Shown here one piece after another: positions 52,801 to 64,000 of a DNA stretch of 64,000 nt. The stretch is from Azolla caroliniana (taxonomy: Eukaryota; Plantae; Polypodiophyta). The stretch lies in the NCBI GenBank assembly GCA_043228905.1, contig JBHGNT010000082.1, forward strand, positions 1-64,000, given 5' to 3'. Both the position numbers and the translations under genes were made by a program. Each line of letters opens with the position of its first letter. Positions within the stretch are counted from its first letter, which is position 1. The notes beneath the pieces were generated by a model, which did not search any database, was not told where the DNA came from, and was given only the letters and a program-made list of their open reading frames with translations.

Positions 52801-55800
52801 GATTATTTAATTCTATATCATAGCTAGCGTTGTTATCTTCGATTCGCATGTTTGAACACAAAAATCCGATATCACACGTGCCAGGTCTGAACATTTTAAT
52901 TTACTGAGTGGCTCTTCTCAACTCCTTCTTGAAATATGCTAATTTCCTCATGTCTCTCGACCTGAGTTTTAAAATCTCGATTTTTTAATTCTATATGATA
53001 GCTAGCGTTGTTAGCTTCGATTCGCATGTTTGAACACAAAAATCCGATATCACACGAGCCAGGTATGAACATTTTAATTTACTCACTAGCTCTTCTCAAC
53101 TCCCTCCTCAAATATTCTAATTTCCTCATGTCTTTCGACGTGAGTTTCAAAATCTTGATTTTTAAATTCTATATCAAAGCTAGCGTTGTTAGCTTCGATT
53201 CGCATGTTTGAACAGAGAAATCGGATATCACACGTGCCAGGTTTGACCAGTTTAATTTACTCACTCGCTCTTCTCAACTCCCTCCTCAAATATGCTAATT
53301 TCCTCATGTCTCTCGACCTGAGTTTCAAAATCTCGATTTTTTAATTCTATGTCATAGCTAGCCTTGTTAGCTTCGATTCGCATGTTTGAACACAGAAATC
53401 CGATATCACACGAGCCAGGTATGAGCATTTTAATTTACTCACTCGCTCTTCTCAACTCCCTCCTCCAACATGCTAATTTCCTCATGTCTTTCGACGTCAG
53501 TTTCAAAATCTTGATTTTTTAATTCTATGTCATAGCTAGCCTTGTTAGCTTCGATTCGCATGTTTGAACACAGAAATCCGATATCACACGAGCCAGGTAT
53601 GAACATTTTAATTTACTCACTAGCTCTTCTCAACTCCCTCCTCAAATATTGTAATTTCTTCATGTCTCTCGACCTGAGTTTTAAAATCTCGATTATTTAA
53701 TTCTATATCATAGCTAGCGTTGTTATCTTCGATTCGCATGTTTGAACACAAAAATCCGATATCAGACGTCCCAGGTATGAACATTTTAATTTACTGACTG
53801 GCTCTTCTCAACTCCTTCTTGAAATACGCTAATTTCCTCATGTCTCTCGACCTGAGTTTCAAAATCTCAATTTTTTAATTCTATATCATAGCTAGCGTTG
53901 TTAGCTTCGATTCGCATGTTTGAACACAAAAATCCGATATCACACGAGCCAGGTATGAACATTTTAATTTACTCACTAGCTCTTCTCAACTCCCTCCTCA
54001 AATATTGTAATTTCTTCATGTCTCTCGACCTGAGTTTCAAAATCTCGATTATTTAATTCTATATCATAGCTAGCGTTGTTATCTTCGATTCGCATGTTTG
54101 AACACAAAAATCCGATATCACACGTGCCAGGTCTGAACATTTTAATTTACTCACTAGCTCTTCTCAACTCCCTCCTCAAATATTGTAATTTCTTCATGTC
54201 TCTCGACCTGAGTTTCAAAATCTCGATTATTTAATTCTATATCATAGCTAGCGTTCTTATCTTCGATTCGCATGTTTGAACACAAAAATCCGATATCAGA
54301 CGTGCCAGGTATGAACATTTTAATTTACTCACTGGCTCTTCTCAACTCCTTCTTGAAATACGCTAATTTCCTCATGTCTCTTGACCTGAGTTTCAAAATC
54401 TCGATTTTTTAATTCTATATCATAGCTAGCATTGTTAGCTTCGATTCGCATGTTTGAACACAAAAATCCGATATCACACGAGCCAGGTATGAACATTTTA
54501 ATTTACTCACTAGCTCTTCTCAACTCCCTCCTCAAATATTGTAATTTCTTCATGTCTCTCGACCTGAGTTTCAAAATCGCGATTATTTAATTCTATATCA
54601 TAGCTAGCGTTGTTATCTTCGATTCGCATGTTTGAACACAAAAATCCGATATCACACGTGCCAGGTCTGAACATTTTAATTTACTGACTGGCTCTTCTCA
54701 ACTCCTTCTTGAAATATGCTAATTTCCTCATGTCTCTCGACCTGAGTTTCAAAATCTCGATTTTTTAATTCTATATGATAGCTAGCGTTGTTAGCTTCGA
54801 TTCGCATGTTTGAACACAAAAATCCGATATCACACGAGCCAGGTATGAACATTTTAATTTACTCACTAGCTCTTCTCAACTCCCTCCTCAAATATTGTAA
54901 ATTCCTCATGTCTTTCGACGTCAGTTTCAAAATCTTGATTTTTTAATTCTATATCATAGCTAGCCTTGTTAGCTTCGATTTGCATGTTTGAACACAGAAA
55001 TCCGATATCACACGAGCCAGGTATGACCATTTTAATTTACTCACTGGCTCTTCTCAACTCCCTCCTCAAATATGCTAATTTCGGCATGTCTCTCGACCTG
55101 AGTTTCAAAATCTTGATTTTTTAATTCTATATCATAGCTAGCCTTGTTAGTTTCGATTCGCATGTTTGAACACAGAAATCCGATATCACACGAGCCAGGT
55201 ATGATTATTTTAATTTACTCACTCGCTCTTCTCAACTCCCTCCTCCAACATGCTAATTTCCTCATGTCTTTCGACGTCAGTTTCAAAATCTTGATTTTTT
55301 AATTCTATATCATAGCTAGCGTTGTTAGCTTCGATTCGCATGTTTGAACACAGAAATCCGATATCACACGAGCCAGGTATGAACATTTTAATTTACTCAC
55401 TAGCTCTTCTCAACTCCCTCCTCAAATATTGTAATTTCTTCATGTCTCTCGACCTGAGTTTCATAGTCTCGATTATTTAATTCTATATCATAGCTAGCGT
55501 TGTTATCTTCGATTCGCATGTTTGAACACAAAAATCCGATATCACACGTGCCAGGTATGAACATTTTAATTTACTCACTAGCTCTTCTCAACTCCCTCCT
55601 CAAATATTCTAATTTCCTCATGTCGCTCGACTTGAGTTTCAAAATCTCGATTTTTTAATTCTATATCATAGCTAGCGTTGTTAGCTTCGATTTGCATGTT
55701 TGAACACAAAAATCCGATATCACACGAGCCAGGTATGAACATTTTAATTTACTCACTAGCTCTTCTCAACTCCCTCCTCAAATATTGTAATTTCTTCATG

Positions 55801-58800
55801 TCTCTCGACCTGAGTTTCAAAATCTCGATTATTTAATTCTATATCATAGCTAGCGTTGTTATCTTCGATTCGCATGTTTGAACACAAAAATCCGATATCA
55901 CACGTGCCAGGTCTGAACATTTTAATTTACTCACTAGCTCTTCTCAACTCCCTCCTCAAATATTGTAATTTCTTCATGTCTCTCGACCTGAGTTTCAAAA
56001 TCTCGATTATTTAAGTCTATATCATAGCTAGCGTTCTTATCTTCGATTCGCATGTTTGAACACAAAAATCCGATATCAGACGTGCCAGGTATGAACATTT
56101 TAATTTACTCACTGGCTCTTCTCAACTCCTTCTTGAAATACGCTAATTTCCTCATGTCTCTCGACCTGAATTTCAAAATCTCGATTTTTTAATTCTATAT
56201 CATAGCTAGCGTTGTTAGCTTCGATTTGCATGTTTGAACACAAAAATCCGATATCACACGAGCCAGGTATGAACATTTTAATTTACTCACTAGCTCTTCT
56301 CAACTCCCTCCTCAAATATTGTAATTTCTTCATGTCTCTCGACCTGAGTTTCAAAGTCTCGATTATTTAATTCTATATCATAGCTAGCGTTGTTATCTTC
56401 GATTCGCATGTTTGAACACAAAAATCCGATATCACACGTGCCAGGTATGAACATTTTAATTTACTCACTAGCTCTTCTCAACTCCCTCCTCAAATATTCT
56501 AATTTCCTCATGTCGCTCGACTTGAGTTTCAAAATCTCGATTTTTTAATTCTATATCATAGATAGCGTTGTTAGCTTCGATTCGCATGTTTGAACAAAGA
56601 AATCCGATATCACACAAGCCAGGTATGACCATTTTAATTTACTCACTGGCTCTTCTCAACTCCCTCCTCAAATATGCTAATTTCCTCATGTCTCTCGACC
56701 TGAGTTTCAAAATCACGATTTTTTAATTCTATATCATAGCTAGCCTTGTTAGTTTCGATTCGCATGTTTGAACACAGAAATCCGATATCACACGAGCCAG
56801 GTATGACCATTTTAATTTACTCACTGGCTCTTCTCAACTCCCTCCTCAAATATGCTAATTTCCTCATGTCTCTCGACCTGAGTTTCAAAATCACGAATTT
56901 TTAATTCTATATCATAGCTAGGCTTGTTAGTTTCGATTCGCATGTTTGAACACAGAAATCCGATATCACACGAGCCAGGTATGACCATTTTAATTTACTC
57001 ACTCGCTCTTCTCAACTCCCTCCTCCAACATGCTAATTTTCTCATGTCTTTCGACGTCAGTTTCAAAATCTTGATTTTTTAATTCTATATCATAGCTAGC
57101 CTTGTTAGCTTCGATTTGCATGTTTGAACACAGAAATCCGATATCACACGAGCCAGATATGACCATTTTAATTTACTCACACGCTCTTCTCAACTCCCTC
57201 CTCAAATATGCTAATTTCGGCATGTCTCTCGACCTGAGTTTCAAAATCTTGATTTTTTAATTCTATATCATAGCTAGCCTTGTTAGTTTCGATTCGCATG
57301 TTTGAACACAGAAATCCGATATCACACGAGCCAGGTATGACCATTTTAATTTACTCACTCGCTCTTCTCAACTCCCTCCTCCAACATGCTAATTTTCTCA
57401 TGTCTTTCGACGTCAGTTTCAAAATCTTGATTTTTTAATTCTATATCATAGCTAGCCTTGTTAGCTTCGATTTGCATGTTTGAACACAGAAATCCGATAT
57501 CACACGAGCCAGGTATGACCATTTTAATTTACTCACTGGCTCTTCTCAACTCCCTCCTCAAATATGCTAATTTCGGCATGTCTCTCGACCTGAGTTTCAA
57601 AATCTTGATTTTTTAATTCTATATCATAGCTAGCCTTGTTAGTTTCGATTCGCATGTTTGAACACAGAAATCCGATATCACACGAGCCAGGTATGACCAT
57701 TTTAATTTACTCACTCGCTCTTCTCAACTCCCTCCTCCAACATGCTAATTTCCTCATGTCTTTCGACGTCAGTTTCAAAATCTTGATTTTTTAATTCTAT
57801 ATCATAGCTAGCGTTGTTAGCTTCGATTCGCATGTTTGAACACAGAAATCCGATATCACACGAGCCAGGTATGAACATTTTAATTTACTCACTAGCTCTT
57901 CTCAACTCCCTCCTCAAATATTGTAATTTCTTCATGTCTCTCGACCTGAGTTTCAAAGTCTCGATTATTTAATTCTATATCATAGCTAGCGTTGTTATCT
58001 TCGATTCGCATGTTTGAACACAAAAATCCGATATCACACGTGCCAGGTATGAACATTTTAATTTACTCACTAGCTCTTCTCAACTCCCTCCTCAAATATT
58101 CTAATTTCCTCATGTCGCTCGACCTGAGTTTCAAAATCTCGATTTTTTAATTCTATATCATAGCTAGCGTTGTTAGCTTCGATTCGCATGTTTGAACACA
58201 AAAATCCGATATCACACGAGCCAGGTATGAACATTTTAATTTACTCACTAGCTCTTCTCAACTCCCTCCTCAAATATTGTAATTTCTTCATGTCTCTCGA
58301 CCTGAGTTTCAAAATCTCGATTATTTAATTCTATATCATAGCTAGCGTTGTTATCTTCGATTCGCATGTTTGAACACAAAAATCCGATATCACACGTGCC
58401 AGGTCTGAACATTTTAATTTACTCACTAGCTCTTCTCAACTCCCTCCTCAAATATTGTAATTTCTTCATGTCTCTCGACCTGAGTTTCAAAATCTCGATT
58501 ATTTAAGTCTATATCATAGCTAGCGTTCTTATCTTCGATTCGCATGTTTGAACACAAAAATCCGATATCAGACGTGCCAGGTATGAACATTTTAATTTAC
58601 TCACTGGCTCTTCTCAACTCCTTCTTGAAATACGCTAATTTCCTCATGTCTCTCGACCTGAATTTCAAAATCTCGATTTTTTAATTCTATATCATAGCTA
58701 GCGTTGTTAGCTTCGATTTGCATGTTTGAACACAAAAATCCGATATCACACGAGCCAGGTATGAACATTTTAATTTACTCACTAGCTCTTCTCAACTCCC

Positions 58801-61800
58801 TCCTCAAATATTGTAATTTCTTCATGTCTCTCGACCTGAGTTTCAAAGTCTCGATTATTTAATTCTATATCATAGCTAGCGTTGTTATCTTCGATTCGCA
58901 TGTTTGAACACAAAAATCCGATATCACACGTGCCAGGTATGAACATTTTAATTTACTCACTAGCTCTTCTCAACTCCCTCCTCAAATATTCTAATTTCCT
59001 CATGTCGCTCGACTTGAGTTTCAAAATCTCGATTTTTTAATTCTATATCATAGATAGCGTTGTTAGCTTCGATTCGCATGTTTGAACAAAGAAATCCGAT
59101 ATCACACAAGCCAGGTATGACCATTTTAATTTACTCACTGGCTCTTCTCAACTCCCTCCTCAAATATGCTAATTTCCTCATGTCTCTCGACCTGAGTTTC
59201 AAAATCACGATTTTTTAATTCTATATCATAGCTAGCCTTGTTAGTTTCGATTCGCATGTTTGAACACAGAAATCCGATATCACACGAGCCAGGTATGACC
59301 ATTTTAATTTACTCACTGGCTCTTCTCAACTCCCTCCTCAAATATGCTAATTTCCTCATGTCTCTCGACCTGAGTTTCAAAATCACGAATTTTTAATTCT
59401 ATATCATAGCTAGGCTTGTTAGTTTCGATTCGCATGTTTGAACACAGAAATCCGATATCACACGAGCCAGGTATGACCATTTTAATTTACTCACTCGCTC
59501 TTCTCAACTCCCTCCTCCAACATGCTAATTTTCTCATGTCTTTCGACGTCAGTTTCAAAATCTTGATTTTTTAATTCTATATCATAGCTAGCCTTGTTAG
59601 CTTCGATTTGCATGTTTGAACACAGAAATCCGATATCACACGAGCCAGATATGACCATTTTAATTTACTCACACGCTCTTCTCAACTCCCTCCTCAAATA
59701 TGCTAATTTCGGCATGTCTCTCGACCTGAGTTTCAAAATCTTGATTTTTTAATTCTATATCATAGCTAGCCTTGTTAGTTTCGATTCGCATGTTTGAACA
59801 CAGAAATCCGATATCACACGAGCCAGGTATGACCATTTTAATTTACTCACTCGCTCTTCTCAACTCCCTCCTCCAACATGCTAATTTTCTCATGTCTTTC
59901 GACGTCAGTTTCAAAATCTTGATTTTTTAATTCTATATCATAGCTAGCCTTGTTAGCTTCGATTTGCATGTTTGAACACAGAAATCCGATATCACACGAG
60001 CCAGGTATGACCATTTTAATTTACTCACTGGCTCTTCTCAACTCCCTCCTCAAATATGCTAATTTCGGCATGTCTCTCGACCTGAGTTTCAAAATCTTGA
60101 TTTTTTAATTCTATATCATAGCTAGCCTTGTTAGTTTCGATTCGCATGTTTGAACACAGAAATCCGATATCACACGAGCCAGGTATGACCATTTTAATTT
60201 ACTCACTCGCTCTTCTCAACTCCCTCCTCCAACATGCTAATTTCCTCATGTCTTTCGACGTCAGTTTCAAAATCTTGATTTTTTAATTCTATATCATAGC
60301 TAGCGTTGTTAGCTTCGATTCGCATGTTTGAACACAGAAATCCGATATCACACGAGCCAGGTATGAACATTTTAATTTACTCACTAGCTCTTCTCAACTC
60401 CCTCCTCAAATATTGTAATTTCTTCATGTCTCTCGACCTGAGTTTCAAAGTCTCGATTATTTAATTCTATATCATAGCTAGCGTTGTTATCTTCGATTCG
60501 CATGTTTGAACACAAAAATCCGATATCACACGTGCCAGGTATGAACATTTTAATTTACTCACTAGCTCTTCTCAACTCCCTCCTCAAATATTCTAATTTC
60601 CTCATGTCGCTCGACCTGAGTTTCAAAATCTCGATTTTTTAATTCTATATCATAGCTAGCGTTGTTAGCTTCGATTCGCATGTTTGAACACAAAAATCCG
60701 ATATCACACGAGCCAGGTATGAACATTTTAATTTACTCACTAGCTCTTCTCAACTCCCTCCTCAAATATTGTAATTTCTTCATGTCTCTCGACCTGAGTT
60801 TCAAAATCTCGATTATTTAATTCTATATCATAGCTAGCGTTGTTATCTTCGATTCGCATGTTTGAACACAAAAATCCGATATCACACGTGCCAGGTCTGA
60901 ACATTTTAATTTACTCACTAGCTCTTCTCAACTCCCTCCTCAAATATTGTAATTTCTTCATGTCTCTCGACCTGAGTTTCAAAATCTCGATTATTTAAGT
61001 CTATATCATAGCTAGCGTTCTTATCTTCGATTCGCATGTTTGAACACAAAAATCCGATATCAGACGTGCCAGGTATGAACATTTTAATTTACTCACTGGC
61101 TCTTCTCAACTCCTTCTTGAAATACGCTAATTTCCTCATGTCTCTCGACCTGAATTTCAAAATCTCGATTTTTTAATTCTATATCATAGCTAGCGTTGTT
61201 AGCTTCGATTTGCATGTTTGAACACAAAAATCCGATATCACACGAGCCAGGTATGAACATTTTAATTTACTCACTAGCTCTTCTCAACTCCCTCCTCAAA
61301 TATTGTAATTTCTTCATGTCTCTCGACCTGAGTTTCAAAGTCTCGATTATTTAATTCTATATCATAGCTAGCGTTGTTATCTTCGATTCGCATGTTTGAA
61401 CACAAAAATCCGATATCACACGTGCCAGGTATGAACATTTTAATTTACTCACTAGCTCTTCTCAACTCCCTCCTCAAATATTCTAATTTCCTCATGTCGC
61501 TCGACTTGAGTTTCAAAATCTCGATTTTTTAATTCTATATCATAGATAGCGTTGTTAGCTTCGATTCACATGTTTGAACAAAGAAATCCGATATCACACA
61601 AGCCAGGTATGACCATTTTAATTTACTCACTGGCTCTTCTCAACTCCCTCCTCAAATATGCTAATTTCCTCATGTCTCTCGACCTGAGTTTCAAAATCAC
61701 GATTTTTTAATTCTATATCATAGCTAGCCTTGTTAGTTTCGATTCGCATGTTTGAACACAGAAATCCGATATCACACGAGCCAGGTATGACCATTTTAAT

Positions 61801-64000
61801 TTACTCACTGGCTCTTCTCAACTCCCTCCTCAAATATGCTAATTTCCTCATGTCTCTCGACCTGAGTTTCAAAATCACGAATTTTTAATTCTATATCATA
61901 GCTAGGCTTGTTAGTTTCGATTCGCATGTTTGAACACAGAAATCCGATATCACACGAGCCAGGTATGACCATTTTAATTTACTCACTCGCTCTTCTCAAC
62001 TCCCTCCTCCAACATGCTAATTTTCTCATGTCTTTCGACGTCAGTTTCAAAATCTTGATTTTTTAATTCTATATCATAGCTAGCCTTGTTAGCTTCGATT
62101 TGCATGTTTGAACACAGAAATCCGATATCACACGAGCCAGATATGACCATTTTAATTTACTCACACGCTCTTCTCAACTCCCTCCTCAAATATGCTAATT
62201 TCGGCATGTCTCTCGACCTGAGTTTCAAAATCTTGATTTTTTAATTCTATATCATAGCTAGCCTTGTTAGTTTCGATTCGCATGTTTGAACACAGAAATC
62301 CGATATCACACGAGCCAGGTATGACCATTTTAATTTACTCACTCGCTCTTCTCAACTCCCTCCTCCAACATGCTAATTTTCTCATGTCTTTCGACGTCAG
62401 TTTCAAAATCTTGATTTTTTAATTCTATATCATAGCTAGCCTTGTTAGCTTCGATTTGCATGTTTGAACACAGAAATCCGATATCACACGAGCCAGGTAT
62501 GACCATTTTAATTTACTCACACGCTCTTCTCAACTCCCTCCTCAAATATGCTAATTTCGGCATGTCTCTCGACCTGAGTTTCAAAATCTTGATTTTTTAA
62601 TTCTATATCATAGCTAGCCTTGTTAGTTTCGATTCGCATGTTTGAACACAGAAATCCGATATCACACGAGCCAGGTATGACCATTTTAATTTACTCACTC
62701 GCTCTTCTCAACTCCCTCCTCCAACATGCTAATTTCCTCATGTCTTACGACGTGAGTTTCAAAATCTTGATTTTTAAATTCTATATCAAAGCTAGCGTTG
62801 TTAGCTTCGATTCGCATGTTTGAACAGAGAAATCGGATATCACACGTGCCAGATTTGACCAGTTTAATTTACTCACTCGCTCTTCTCAACTCCCTCCTCA
62901 AATATGCTAATTTCCTCATGTCTCTCGACCTGAGTTTCAAAATCTCGATTTTTTAATTCTATGTCATAGCTAGCCTTGTTAGCTTCGATTCGCATGTTTG
63001 AACACAGAAATCCGATATCACACGAGCCAGGTATGACCATTTTAATTTACTCACTCGCTCTTCTCAACTCCCTCCTCCAACATGCTAATTTCCTCATGTC
63101 TTTCGACGTCAGTTTCAAAATCTCAATTTTTTAATTCTATGTCATAGCTAGCCTTGTTAGCTTCGATTCGCATGTTTGAACACAGAAATCCGATATCACA
63201 CGAGCCAGGTATGAACATTTTAATTTACTCACTAGCTCTTCTCAACTCCCTCCTCAAATATTGTAATTTCTTCATGTCTCTCGACCTGAGTTTTAAAATC
63301 TCGATTATTTAATTCTATATCATAGCTAGCGTTGTTATCTTCGATTCGCATGTTTGAACACAAAAATCCGATATCACACGTGCCAGGTATGAACATTTTA
63401 ATTTACTCACTAGCTCTTCTCAACTCCCTCCTCAAATATTCTAATTTCCTCATGTCGCTCGACCTGAGTTTCAAAATCTCGATTTTTTAATTCTATATCA
63501 TAGCTAGCGTTGTTAGCTTCGATTCGCATGTTTGAACAGAGAAATCCGATATCACACAAGCCAGGTATGACCATTTTAATTTACTCACTGGCTCTTCTCA
63601 ACTCCCTCCTCAAATATGCTAATTTCCTCATGTCTCTCGACCTGAGTTTCAAAATCACGATTTTTTAATTCTATATCATAGCTAGCCTTGTTAGTTTCGA
63701 TTCGCATGTTTGAACACAGAAATCCGATATCACACGAGCCAGGTATGACCATTTTAATTTACTCACTGGCTCTTCTCAACTCCCTCCTCAAATATGCTAA
63801 TTTCCTCATGTCTCTCGACCTGAGTTTCAAAATCACGAATTTTTAATTCTATATCATAGCTAGGCTTGTTAGTTTCGATTCGCATGTTTGAACACAGAAA
63901 TCCGATATCACACGAGCCAGGTATGACCATTTTAATTTACTCACTCGCTCTTCTCAACTCCCTCCTCCAACATGCTAATTTTCTCATGTCTTTCGACGTC
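37872..64000 (+). repeat. 178-bp tandem satellite array, right arm (about 147 monomers), same family and orientation but a different subfamily
   Basis: Satellite resumes at TAGCCTTGTTAGC (37872). Diagnostic variants include CACTAGCTC, AAATATTGTAATTTCTTC, TTTCGACGTCAG and GATTATTTAA; the 175-bp variant is absent. Confidence 0.98.
54910..62510 (+). repeat. 14-mer higher-order repeat (2492 bp), about 3 tandem copies
   Basis: Private variants recur at exact 2492-bp steps: TTAAGTCTAT at 56011/58503/60995 and AGCCAGATAT at 57151/59643/62135. Boundaries are approximate. Confidence 0.9.

Noticed and set aside
37877-62823. 60-77-aa ORFs (MLASIRMFEH... etc.)
   Set aside because: Same satellite artefact; mostly non-ATG starts and about one monomer long.
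1-64000. CRISPR-like array (conserved TTCGATTCGCATGTTTGAACAC with intervening sequence)
   Set aside because: The intervening sequences are homologous to each other rather than unique spacers, and there are no cas genes.

Overview
Eukaryotic satellite DNA, probably centromeric or pericentromeric. About 97% of the window is a head-to-tail array of a 178-bp monomer, all on one strand and in phase (about 200 copies left and 147 right of a single interruption). The interruption (35798-37871, minus strand) is a 5'-truncated Penelope-like retroelement (PLE). It has an uninterrupted 515-codon RT/thumb frame with no C-terminal GIY-YIG endonuclease. Its 3' UTR holds a minimal type I hammerhead ribozyme with a palindromic helix III, a TATA box just upstream of the ribozyme, a (TC)25 tract and a G-quadruplex motif on the cDNA strand. 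The insertion has no target-site duplication and replaces about 16 bp of satellite. It lies in a divergent zone between two different homogenised satellite subfamilies. The left one is a variable 3-17-mer higher-order patchwork marked by a chimeric 175-bp monomer; the right one ends in a regular 14-mer (2492-bp) higher-order repeat (HOR). All other ORFs in the track are artefacts of the repeat. The organism cannot be identified from the sequence alone.
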